Shown here: positions 1 through 8,717 of the stretch, one piece after another
Position numbering within the stretch: position 1 is the stretch's first letter
How the letters are laid out: each line of letters opens with the position of its first letter
Source of the DNA: Candidatus Sumerlaeia bacterium
GTDB taxonomy: Bacteria > Sumerlaeota > Sumerlaeia > SLMS01 > JANRJK01
Direction of reading: 5' to 3'
Length of the DNA stretch: 64,000 nucleotides
Assembly (NCBI GenBank): GCA_033764015.1
Contig: JANRJK010000013.1
Coordinates: 448,001 to 512,000, forward strand
The notes under the pieces: model-generated
Database searches by the model: none
Told to the model about the DNA's origin: nothing
What the model saw: the letters and a program-made list of their open reading frames with translations, nothing else
Program-made: the position numbers and the translations under genes

Positions 1-689
1 TCCGCGAGCGGCGCGAAGAGGTCGGTGCCGTTCAGGTTCTTCCGCAGCCGGCCCCCGGCCATGCGGAGGGCGATCTTCACGCCGATGCCGTCCGGCAGGA
101 TCAGGTCCGCGGCGGCGAGCGCGCGCCGGTAGTCGGGGCGCTCCACCGCGAGGTTCAGGTTGTTCGCGTTCACGAAGGCCACGTGCGCCGGCGCCGCGGG
201 CTCCGTCGGCGCCTCCGGGAGCGACTGCAGGATGAAGTTCGGGTGCGAGTCGACCAGCGACTCGACGGTGCGCAGCACGCGCGGCGTCTCCGAATTGTTG
301 ACGACGATGCCGAACAGGTTGAAGTGGTCGCCGGGATCCCTGTGCGCCTCGCGTCCGTCGAGCGTGGACGCCCACAGCGCGCGCAGCAGGATCGCGAAGT
401 CCGCCTTCGGGCCGAGCCGCCTCGCGTAGGCGCCGTCGAGCTCGGCGCGGTCCGCGTCGAGATTCATGCGCTCGCTGAGCCGGTGCTCCGAGTAGGCGCC
501 GCCGGGCAGCGTCGAACCATCCGCGAGCGCAAGCGGGCGCGAGGGTCCCACCAGCGTGCGCCGGCCCGCCAGCACGTCGCGCGCAGCCCGTCGCCGTCCC
601 AGCAGCGCGAGCGCCAGCGCGGACGCCGGCGAGGCCAGCCGCCCCGCCAACCGCCAGGCGCGGCCCCGGACCGGCGGGGGAGCGCTCAT
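1..689 (-). CDS. WecB/TagA/CpsF-family glycosyltransferase with N-terminal degenerate bacterial sugar-transferase-like domain (3' end runs off the window)
   Basis: Translated by hand because it is absent from the ORF track. ATG at 689 overlaps the upstream TGA (ATGA). The protein contains HVAFVNANNLNLA...ADLILPDGIGVKIALRMAG...NLNGTDL, typical of WecB/TagA. The N-terminal part has DVLAGRRTLVGPSRP...LDGAYARRLGPKADFAILLRAL. Confidence 0.85.
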   Translation of the reverse strand, partial: MSAPPPVRGRAWRLAGRLASPASALALALLGRRRAARDVLAGRRTLVGPSRPLALADGSTLPGGAYSEHRLSERMNLDADRAELDGAYARRLGPKADFAILLRALWASTLDGREAHRDPGDHFNLFGIVVNNSETPRVLRTVESLVDSHPNFILQSLPEAPTEPAAPAHVAFVNANNLNLAVERPDYRRALAAADLILPDGIGVKIALRMAGGRLRKNLNGTDLFAPLA

Positions 690-1627
690 TGCGCCGCCTC
701 CGACGGCGCTAGGCTGTGCGCCGCGATCACATGGTAGAGGGGGCGCGCCGAGTCCTTCGGCGCCGCGAGGATCGCAGCCAGCCGCAGTGCGTGGTGCTCG
801 TGCGTGAGCGAGGTCGAGACCTTCGCCCCCGCCCGCGCCGCCAGCCGCGCGGCGAAGTCCGGCTCGTCCGCGAGGCGCCCCGCGAGGCGGCCCGCCTCCG
901 CCGCGTCGCCGGGTGCGAAGAGCAGCCCCTCCGCCTCGTCCACCACGAGCGGCTCGACCGCCCACGTGCGCGCGGCCAGCAGCGGCGCGCCGCACGCCAT
1001 CGCCTGCAAGGTCTCGCGCCAACCCTCCGCGGCGTCCCGCGCCGAGCAGGCCACGACCGCGAGCGCGGCGCGCCGTAGCGCGGCGCACGCGTCCGGCGCC
1101 CCGTGGCGCGCCTCGACGATCCGTCCGAGCCTGGCGAGCCCCAGCGAATCCACGAGCGCCCTGTCCTCGCCGGCGAAGCGGAACACGACAATGTCCGTCC
1201 GGGGTTCGTCGGCGCGGGGCGTGGGGACCTCCACGGAGGGCGGGATCAGCTCGATCCGCGCGGGGGGGATCCGCAACCGCTCCTCCGCGTAGAGCCTCAG
1301 CAATGGCGACTGCACCAGCAGCCGGCGCGGCGGGGCTCCTGCGCGCGAAGGGGCCGCGCAGTCCAGCGCCCGCGTCGGCGCGGACGGGTCGGCGCAAAGC
1401 AGGCAGCGCTCCGGGCCGAGGTACTGCAACGCGGTGGCGAAGTGCTGAGGATCGCAGACCAGCGCGGGCGCGCCGGTTGCCGCGTGCCGCTCGAACGCCG
1501 CGAGCGCCTCGCCGCGCGAGCCGAACGGCTTCGGCGGCGCGCCACCGCAGACGCGGCGCGCCAACGCCGAGAGGAGCGCCTCGCTAGCTCCCGCGGGCGG
1601 CACGATGAGCGGAAGGGTACTCGTCAC
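686..1627 (-). CDS. Divergent/degenerate GT4 (GT-B fold) glycosyltransferase
   Basis: GTG start at 1627 with a GTGA overlap. The C-terminal GT4 motif EGWRETLQAMACGAPLL...EGLLFAPGD is present; the N-domain is short and divergent. Confidence 0.65.
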   Translation of the reverse strand: MTSTLPLIVPPAGASEALLSALARRVCGGAPPKPFGSRGEALAAFERHAATGAPALVCDPQHFATALQYLGPERCLLCADPSAPTRALDCAAPSRAGAPPRRLLVQSPLLRLYAEERLRIPPARIELIPPSVEVPTPRADEPRTDIVVFRFAGEDRALVDSLGLARLGRIVEARHGAPDACAALRRAALAVVACSARDAAEGWRETLQAMACGAPLLAARTWAVEPLVVDEAEGLLFAPGDAAEAGRLAGRLADEPDFAARLAARAGAKVSTSLTHEHHALRLAAILAAPKDSARPLYHVIAAHSLAPSEAAQ

Positions 1628-1713
1628 GGTTCGAGGCTCCAGTCGTGCGGCGCACTCTCCGCAATAATGCGATTGGAGCACGCCTCGAGGGGGTGGGCAA
1701 GGGCCGCACTCAT
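1624..1713 (-). CDS. Possible 29-aa peptide MSAALAHPLEACSNRIIAESAPHDWSLEP
   Basis: The ATG overlaps the upstream stop (ATGA) and is preceded by GGGAGG. Its TGA overlaps the downstream GTG (GTGA). It fills the gap between two GT genes exactly. Confidence 0.35.
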   Translation of the reverse strand: MSAALAHPLEACSNRIIAESAPHDWSLEP

Positions 1714-2861
1714 CGCCGCCCGCCTCCCGCCGTCGCTTCCAGGACGTCGAGCGTCGCGGCCGCGGTCGCCGACCAGTTGAATCCCCGCGCCCGCTCCGGG
1801 CACCGGACGCGGCATGCCGCGCGCAGCTCCGCGTCGAGCAGCAGCCGCTCCAGCGCGCCGGCGATGGATTCGACGCTGGAGGGATCGAACGTGGGCGCCG
1901 CGTCGCCCGCGACCTCGGGCATGGACGAGACGTTCGAACACGCCACCGGGACACCGCACGCCATCGCCTCGATGATCGGGAGGCCGAATCCCTCGTAGAG
2001 CGACGGGAAGATGAACGCGTCGCAAGCGCGGTAGAAGTCTGGCAGGTCGGCCCCCGCCACGAAGCCCGGAAGCACGATGTCCGCGCCGTGCTTCGCCTTC
2101 GCCGCCGCGGCGCGGACCGCGTCCGAGCCGGACCAGTCGCTTCCCGCGAGGACCAGCCGGTGCGGGACTCCGCGCGCCGATTTCACGCGGTCGAAGGCCT
2201 CGATCAGCCGCACGTGGTTCTTGCCGGGATGCTCCAGCCGCGAGGTGTAGAGGATGAACGGAGGTTCGATGCGGTACTTCTCCCGGATCGAGGCGCGCGC
2301 CGCGTCGCCGTCGCCCGGATGGTAGAGCGCGTGGTCCGCCGCCAGCGGCGTCACGGTCACGCGCTCCGCGGGAATCCCCGCGTAGGCGACGATGTCCCGC
2401 TTGCTCGATTCGCTCACCGTGAGGATGTGCCCCAGGCGCCGGATGAGGAACGGCAGCACCTGGCGGATGTAGAACATGCGCGCCGGGTCGTACTTGCCGC
2501 CGACGTGCAGGCTGGAGAAGTCGTGCACGGTCCCCACGGAGGGGCACGGCAGCCGGAGCGAGGTTCGCCGGTTCGCCGCCGGAAGGAAGAACACGTCGTA
2601 GCCGCGCTCGCGGCAGAGGCCGGGCAGCGACGCCTGGTGCCACCAGATATTGCGCACCGGCGGGCGCAGCGATCCCGGGAACTCGATGGCGTCGAGCGCG
2701 CCCTCCGGGGGCAGGAACACCGAGCGCTCGTCCGCGTAGGCGAGCACCTCGATCCGGTGGCCGCGTGTGTCGCGGGCGAACTCGCGCAGCAGGCTCATGA
2801 TGTAGCGGCTGATGCCCGACTTGCCGCCGTCGCCGCCGAAGGTGCAGACGCCGATCTTCAT
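1710..2861 (-). CDS. GT4 glycosyltransferase
   Basis: MKIGVCTFGGDGGKSGISRY; TVHDF; FIFPSLYEGFGLPIIEAMACGVPV; ATGA overlap with the upstream gene. Confidence 0.92.
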   Translation of the reverse strand: MKIGVCTFGGDGGKSGISRYIMSLLREFARDTRGHRIEVLAYADERSVFLPPEGALDAIEFPGSLRPPVRNIWWHQASLPGLCRERGYDVFFLPAANRRTSLRLPCPSVGTVHDFSSLHVGGKYDPARMFYIRQVLPFLIRRLGHILTVSESSKRDIVAYAGIPAERVTVTPLAADHALYHPGDGDAARASIREKYRIEPPFILYTSRLEHPGKNHVRLIEAFDRVKSARGVPHRLVLAGSDWSGSDAVRAAAAKAKHGADIVLPGFVAGADLPDFYRACDAFIFPSLYEGFGLPIIEAMACGVPVACSNVSSMPEVAGDAAPTFDPSSVESIAGALERLLLDAELRAACRVRCPERARGFNWSATAAATLDVLEATAGGGRR

Positions 2862-4024
2862 TCCCCGCCTCCGATGCCGAGCGCCGCTTCGATCCGGTCG
2901 AGGTAGCGGTCGAACGAATACTCCCCAATTCCCCGCAGATACGCGGCCCCGCCCATCCGCGCGGCGAGCTCCTGGTCTCCCAGCACCCGCTCCAACGCCA
3001 CTGCGAACGCCCGCGCGTCGCCCACCGGGCACAGGATGCCCGTCCCGCCGTCCACGAGCCAGTCGGGGATGCCGCCGGCCGCGCACGCGACGACCGGCCT
3101 GGCGCGCCGCATCGCCTCGAGCCCGATCATCCCGAACGGCTCGGCCCAGCGCGACGGCACCGCGACCACGCGCGCCCAGTCGTAAAGCGCCTCCAACTCC
3201 GCGTTCGCGATCCAGCCGAGGAACTCCACGCGGTCCGCGAGCCCGAGCTGTGCGCACCGTTCGCGCAGGGCGGAGTCCGCGTTGCCGGTCCCCGCGATCC
3301 GCGCGCGGAACGCCGGGCCCAGCAGCGCCAGCGCGTCGAGCAGCAGATCGACGCCCTTCCCGCGGATGAGCTGGCCGACGAAGAGGACATTGGGGGCGTC
3401 GGGCGGGGGTGTCGGCGCGCTCGCCTCGCGGCGCACGACCGGCGGCACGATGCGCAGCCGGTCCGCCGGGAAGCCGTTCATCGCGAGCTCCTCGCGCATG
3501 AAGCGGCTGCCGACCAGGAACGCGTCGAGCCCGTGGTTCGCGCGCATCTCGTCGAGGTGCGCGGGCAGGTGGCGGTACGCGATCCCCGCCGCGCCGCGCT
3601 CGATGAACGCGAGGTCGAGCCAGCAGCGCCAACCCGCGGGATGCTCGCAGATCCGCCCGTTGTGCGCGAAGTACTTGTGCCGGCGCGGGCAGCACAGGTC
3701 GTGGTCGTGGATGTACCGCACCACCCGCGCCTCGCGGGCGAACGACGAACGAGCCGGGATCCGTGCGATCTTGTGCAGATAGATCGCGTCGGCGCGCAGG
3801 TCCCGGGCGATGTCCGCCAACGGCGGCCCGTTCCCCCCGAGGTCGCGGCACTCTTGGACGGACGCGAAGTTCGACGCGTAGCCGTCCGGATCGCGGTCCG
3901 TGCGCGCGCCGAACGCGAGGACGCACTCGTGGCCGCGCCCCCGGAGCCCGTGCGCGGTGTCGGCGACGTTCTGCTCGACGCCGCCGAACCAGCCGAGCCG
4001 CTCGTTAGCGAAGAGGACGCGCAC
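2858..4024 (-). CDS. GT4 glycosyltransferase
   Basis: GTG start VRVLFANERLGWFGGVEQ; HDHDLCCP; FVGQLIRGKG; PSRWAEPFGMIGLEAM. Confidence 0.92.
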   Translation of the reverse strand: MRVLFANERLGWFGGVEQNVADTAHGLRGRGHECVLAFGARTDRDPDGYASNFASVQECRDLGGNGPPLADIARDLRADAIYLHKIARIPARSSFAREARVVRYIHDHDLCCPRRHKYFAHNGRICEHPAGWRCWLDLAFIERGAAGIAYRHLPAHLDEMRANHGLDAFLVGSRFMREELAMNGFPADRLRIVPPVVRREASAPTPPPDAPNVLFVGQLIRGKGVDLLLDALALLGPAFRARIAGTGNADSALRERCAQLGLADRVEFLGWIANAELEALYDWARVVAVPSRWAEPFGMIGLEAMRRARPVVACAAGGIPDWLVDGGTGILCPVGDARAFAVALERVLGDQELAARMGGAAYLRGIGEYSFDRYLDRIEAALGIGGGE

Positions 4025-5243
4025 GGATCGCCTCCTCGTAGATCGACGCAAGCCGCAGGTTGAGCGCGGCCCAGGAGAACTCGCCCCGGGCGCGGTTCCG
4101 TCCCGCCTCGGCCAGCGAGCGCCGGCGGCCCGCATCGCCGAGCAGCTCCACCGCCCGCGCGGCGAACTCCTCGACGTCGCCGGGTTCCACCAGCACGCCG
4201 TCCAAGCCGTCGCGAACGAACGAGGGAATGCCGCCGACGCGGCTCGCCAACACCGCAAGGCCCGCCGCCCAGGCCTCGAGGATCACGATGCCGAATGGCT
4301 CGTGCACCGAGGGCAGCACGAACAAGTCCGCCGCGTGGAAGGCGTCCGCCAACTCGCCGGAGGCCGCGTCGATGCCGGGGATCAACGTCGCCTTCTCCGC
4401 GACACCGAGCGCCCGCGCCTCCTGCAGGATCGCCGCGCGGTACGCGTCGTTCGTGACGTGGCCGACAAGGAGCAGGCGCGCGCCGGGCCGGACCGCGAGG
4501 ATGGCGGGCAGCGCGCGGACCGCCAGGAGCTGGTTCTTCTGCGGATCGATGCGCCCGACGCACAGCAGCAGCTCCGCGTCCGGCGGGATGCCTCGCGCCG
4601 CGCGGAACGCCGCGCCGTCGCCGGTGGCGAAGCGGTCCGCGTCCACGCCGTTCGGGAAGCGCTCCACGCGCCGGTCCGGGTACGCCGCCGACATGCGCGC
4701 GGTCTCCTCCACGCCGAGGCAGAGGATCGCCGCCGCGTCGTCGAACACGCGCCGCGAACCGTAGGCGAGCCCCAGCAGCCTGCCCCACTCCAGCTTGCCG
4801 CGGGTCGGCTCCGTGTAGGTGGCCTCCTCGGCGCTCGCGATGTCGAGCGCGCCGCCGTGCACGGAGACGATGTACGGGGCGCCCCGGCGGAGCGCGGCGT
4901 GCCGCACGATCCCCCCCAGCCGCTTTCCCGTGTGCAGGTGCGCCACGTCGAACGGCGCGCGGCGCAGCTCCCGCGCGATCTCCCAGGAGAACAGGTTGCC
5001 GCCCTTCTGGTCCAGCCTCCGGACCGCCTCCGCATCGAGGCCGAGCCAGGGGTAGAAGTATCCGCAGCGCCGTACCGGAACCCCGGCGACTTCGTCCGCG
5101 CCGGGCTTGTCGAGCGCGCTCGTCGTGAGGATGCGCGCGTCGTGCCCGGCCGCCCGCTGGGCGCGGCAGAGCTCGAGGATCACCGTCTCGGTCCCCCCCC
5201 AGGAGGAACGGGTGAAGCGGCGGGGCACGTGGACGATGTTCAT
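4005..5243 (-). CDS. GT4 glycosyltransferase
   Basis: MNIVHVPRRFTRSSWGGTE; PNGVD; VGRIDPQKNQ; LPSVHEPFGIVILEAWAAG. Confidence 0.93.
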   Translation of the reverse strand: MNIVHVPRRFTRSSWGGTETVILELCRAQRAAGHDARILTTSALDKPGADEVAGVPVRRCGYFYPWLGLDAEAVRRLDQKGGNLFSWEIARELRRAPFDVAHLHTGKRLGGIVRHAALRRGAPYIVSVHGGALDIASAEEATYTEPTRGKLEWGRLLGLAYGSRRVFDDAAAILCLGVEETARMSAAYPDRRVERFPNGVDADRFATGDGAAFRAARGIPPDAELLLCVGRIDPQKNQLLAVRALPAILAVRPGARLLLVGHVTNDAYRAAILQEARALGVAEKATLIPGIDAASGELADAFHAADLFVLPSVHEPFGIVILEAWAAGLAVLASRVGGIPSFVRDGLDGVLVEPGDVEEFAARAVELLGDAGRRRSLAEAGRNRARGEFSWAALNLRLASIYEEAIRARPLR

Positions 5244-6436
5244 TGGCCCGCGGCCCGCGCGACGAGGCGCTCGAGGTCGCCGATGTACCGTTCGATGTCG
5301 AAGTCCCGCAGCACCGTCTCGCGACCCGATGCGGCGACGCGCCGCGCCAGCTCCGCGCCGTCCGCCAGGCGGCCCAGCCGCTCCGCGAGCGCGCCGGCGT
5401 CCTCCTTCGGGAAGACGAGGGCGTTGTCGCCGTCGCGCAGGAACTCGCCCTGGCCGCCGTCGGCGGTGCTGACCACCGGCAGGCCCGAGCACATCGCCTC
5501 GAGGTGCGTGAGCCCGAACGGCTCGCGCCAGATCGAGGGGAAGACGAACACATCGTGCGCGCGGTAGAGGGCGGGAAGCTCGTGCCGCGGCAAGCGACCG
5601 GTGAATCGGAAGGCCGCGCTGGTGGCCGCCGCGGCGTTTTTCAGCTCCGCGACGTAGGCCGGATCCCCGTCGCCCGCCACCGTGACGGAGATCGAGTCCT
5701 TTCCGCGCGCGGCCGCGAAACGCCCGACGGCGTCGACCAGCGTGTGCACGCCTTTGTAACGGTTGAGCTGGCCCGTGTAGAGCACCCTCATCGGGACGCC
5801 GACGGCGCCGGGCTCGCCGCGGGGCGGGAAGTCGACCGTGCGGATGCCTTGGTACACCACCTCGACATGCGACGTGTCGAAGCCACCCTCCGCGAGGTCG
5901 TCGCGGAGCTGGCGGCTGATGGCGGCGCCGAATCGGATCGGCAGCCCCTCGAGCGTGGTGTGCCGCAGCGCCGTCGCGCACGCGAGCCAGCGAAGCCAGC
6001 TCGCCGGCCGCGGACCGGGCGGACGCAGCCGGTAGCCGAGGATGTTCGCGTCGTTGAAGGTCCAGACGGCGGGAAGCCCGGCCCCGTCCACCGCGCGCGC
6101 GGGGCCGAGCGACAGCCGCAACTGGCTCCAGAGGAACACCGCGTCGAAGCGCTCCGCAGCGAGGAGCGCGCGCGTCGCCGCCGCGTTCTCCCGCGCGGCG
6201 CGGTGCTCGTTCAGCGGCGCGTAGCAGTAGGCGCGCTCGAAGGGCACCGTGAGCCGCAGGCGGCGCAGGACGCGCGACCCCGCCACGTCGCCGTCCCCCG
6301 CCGCGCCGTGCGTGCTCGTCAGCACCGTGGCCGCGTGGCCGCGCGCGACGAAGCCGCGGCAGACCTCCTCGCAGAGCAGCTCGTAGCCGCCGAGGAAGTG
6401 CGGCGGGTAGAGGTTGCTAATGAACAGGACGCGCAT
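5240..6436 (-). CDS. GT4 glycosyltransferase
   Basis: MRVLFISNLYPPHFLGGYE; FPSIWREPFGLTHLEAMCSGLPVV. Confidence 0.93.
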   Translation of the reverse strand: MRVLFISNLYPPHFLGGYELLCEEVCRGFVARGHAATVLTSTHGAAGDGDVAGSRVLRRLRLTVPFERAYCYAPLNEHRAARENAAATRALLAAERFDAVFLWSQLRLSLGPARAVDGAGLPAVWTFNDANILGYRLRPPGPRPASWLRWLACATALRHTTLEGLPIRFGAAISRQLRDDLAEGGFDTSHVEVVYQGIRTVDFPPRGEPGAVGVPMRVLYTGQLNRYKGVHTLVDAVGRFAAARGKDSISVTVAGDGDPAYVAELKNAAAATSAAFRFTGRLPRHELPALYRAHDVFVFPSIWREPFGLTHLEAMCSGLPVVSTADGGQGEFLRDGDNALVFPKEDAGALAERLGRLADGAELARRVAASGRETVLRDFDIERYIGDLERLVARAAGQ

Positions 6437-8717
6437 CGCCGCCCTCCCGCGTTGTCGGTCCCTTGGGTTGCGGGAACCGCGCGAGCACCGCTCCCGCGAT
6501 CGTTCCACCCGCCGCTCGCAGCCGCTCGACCGCCTCCGCGATCGCGCCGCCGTGCGGGCCGAACGCCCGCGCCACCAGCACCACCGCGTCCATCCGCGGC
6601 GCGAGGGTCTCCGCGTCGCCTGCGAGGAGCACCGGCGTCGTCTGCGCGAGGACCACATCGAACTCGCGCGAGCACCGCGCGAAGAACTCCGACGCCCGCC
6701 GGTCCGCGAGCGCGTCCGGGTGCAGCGATCCCGCCGCCGGAGCGGCGATCCACACGCCCTCGATCGCGCAGGGGCTGGCGAACGGCGCACCATCGGCGCG
6801 CCCGGCGAAGGCGTCCGCGAGCGGCGCCTCGGATCCCTCCGGAAGGGTCTTCGCTCCGGTCCGGCCTGCCGCCTGCGTCCGCGCGACGCCGCAATCCTGG
6901 AACTCGCGAAGCCATCGGCGCGCGCGCTCCAGGGGATCCGACGCCGGGCGGGGCGCCGAGGCGAGCGGCGCGCGCACGGCCAGATCCAGCACCAGGACGC
7001 GCTCGCCGCGCCGCGCGAGCAGCTCGGCCACCGCCAGCATGCAGAATGTGGTACCCTCCCCATGTCCCGCCGAGGCGAAGAGAAGCCGCGCTCCCGCGCC
7101 CGGATGGGCCGCGCGGAGCTTGCGCGCCAAAGCGCGCGCCGGTTCCTCCGCGGCGCCCAGCACGCCCGCGGCTTGGTCCGCCGGCAGCTCCGGGAACTCC
7201 GCGAGGACCTCGCCGCCACCGAGGCGCCGCGCAAGGTCCGCGCGCGACCGCACCCGCGGATCAAGCACCGCCAACCCCAGGAAGAGGACGAACGCCGCGC
7301 CGCTCCCGAGGACCGCGACGCCGGCCGCGATCTTCTTCGCGTTCGACCGCGAGGCGCGCCTCGGCGGCGCCGCCTCGGAGACCAGCGTGAAGGGGAGCGC
7401 GCTCGCCTCGAGCAGGCGCCTCGACGTGGCGAGCCGCGCCTCGAGGCCGCGCTTCTCCGCCTCCGCCGCTTCGACCGCGCGCGCCAGCGTGGCGTGCCGC
7501 CGCTCCAGGTCGGGCATCCGCGCCAGGCGGACCTCGACCCGGTCCTGCGCTTTGGACAGCGCGTCGACCTTCTCCTGCGACGACGTCTGCAGCAGCCGCA
7601 GCTCGAACGACTTCATCATGATTCCCTTCAGCAGGTCGCCCGTGACGCCGGGGCGCGCCTCCGCGGAAGGGATCACCTTCTTGTCCAGCTCCTCGATCTG
7701 CGACTTCCACTCGAGGATCTGCGGGGTGTCCACCGCGCGCGCCTCGAGCGCCTTCAGGCTCGTGGCCGCCTCGTCCACCACGGTCAGCGGGACCGCGCCC
7801 TCCTCGTAGAGGCGCGTGAGCCGTTCGAGGTTGGTGCGCGCCTCGTCGAGCAGCGCGTCGTTCTCGCGCACGAGCTTGTCGTCCTGGATCGACTCGCGGA
7901 GGCGCTGGATGCGGATGTTCGTCTCGCTGAGCGCGTCGCTCATCGAAGCAGCCGCCTCCTGCTCCTTCTTCATCAGTTCCTTGAGTTCCTCGGTCAGCCG
8001 CTCCGCGTTGGCCACCTGCAGATCGACGCTGCGCTTCTCGATCAGCGCCTGCTCGTAGAGCAGGTTGACCGACGCCAGTTCGGAGAGCGTCGCGCGCGCC
8101 TCCTCCGTGAGGTTGACGACTCGGTTCTCGCTGGCGAAGGCGCGCAACGCCTCCTCCGCCGCGGACAGCTCGGCGCCGACCGTCGCGAGGCGGGCCGCGA
8201 TGTCGCCGGCCTGCCGCTCCGCGTCGCGCCGCCGCAGCTCCATCTGGTTTTCGAGGAAGGCGTCCCGCAGGCCGTTCGCAATCTCCGCAGCGGTCCGCGG
8301 CGATTCCCAGCGGGCGCTGATCACGACCATCGTGGTCTTGGGCTGGAGCGTCACATCGGTCGCGGCGCCGACCGTGCGGACATCGGCCTCGATGCCCGTG
8401 CGCTGGCGAAGCAGCTCGATGTTCGCCGGCAGCTTCACCAGGCGCATGAGCGTGAGCAGCGACGGCGTTGCGGCCGCCTCCGGCGTGCCCTCCGCGGGCG
8501 CCTTGTAGAGCATCACGGTTTCCGCGGCGTACTCCCGCTGCGCGAATCCGACCGCCAGCAGCAGTCCCAGCGCCGACGACACCGCCACCGCGCCCGCGAG
8601 CCACCAGCGCCAGAGGAGGAACGCCGCGAGCGCCGCCATCGGATCGAACGGCAGGCCGCCGCCGGACTCCTCGGGGTCCGCGGGGCGCGGCGGGCGGGGC
8701 GGCGGGAGGGCGCTCAT
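6417..8717 (-). CDS. Polysaccharide co-polymerase (Wzc/GumC-like) with degenerate C-terminal BY-kinase domain
   Basis: N-terminal TM, long coiled coil, second TM, LDPRVRSRADL motif, then a P-loop-like SAGHGEGTT and MDAVVLVAR. Confidence 0.85.
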   Translation of the reverse strand: MSALPPPRPPRPADPEESGGGLPFDPMAALAAFLLWRWWLAGAVAVSSALGLLLAVGFAQREYAAETVMLYKAPAEGTPEAAATPSLLTLMRLVKLPANIELLRQRTGIEADVRTVGAATDVTLQPKTTMVVISARWESPRTAAEIANGLRDAFLENQMELRRRDAERQAGDIAARLATVGAELSAAEEALRAFASENRVVNLTEEARATLSELASVNLLYEQALIEKRSVDLQVANAERLTEELKELMKKEQEAAASMSDALSETNIRIQRLRESIQDDKLVRENDALLDEARTNLERLTRLYEEGAVPLTVVDEAATSLKALEARAVDTPQILEWKSQIEELDKKVIPSAEARPGVTGDLLKGIMMKSFELRLLQTSSQEKVDALSKAQDRVEVRLARMPDLERRHATLARAVEAAEAEKRGLEARLATSRRLLEASALPFTLVSEAAPPRRASRSNAKKIAAGVAVLGSGAAFVLFLGLAVLDPRVRSRADLARRLGGGEVLAEFPELPADQAAGVLGAAEEPARALARKLRAAHPGAGARLLFASAGHGEGTTFCMLAVAELLARRGERVLVLDLAVRAPLASAPRPASDPLERARRWLREFQDCGVARTQAAGRTGAKTLPEGSEAPLADAFAGRADGAPFASPCAIEGVWIAAPAAGSLHPDALADRRASEFFARCSREFDVVLAQTTPVLLAGDAETLAPRMDAVVLVARAFGPHGGAIAEAVERLRAAGGTIAGAVLARFPQPKGPTTREGGDARPVH

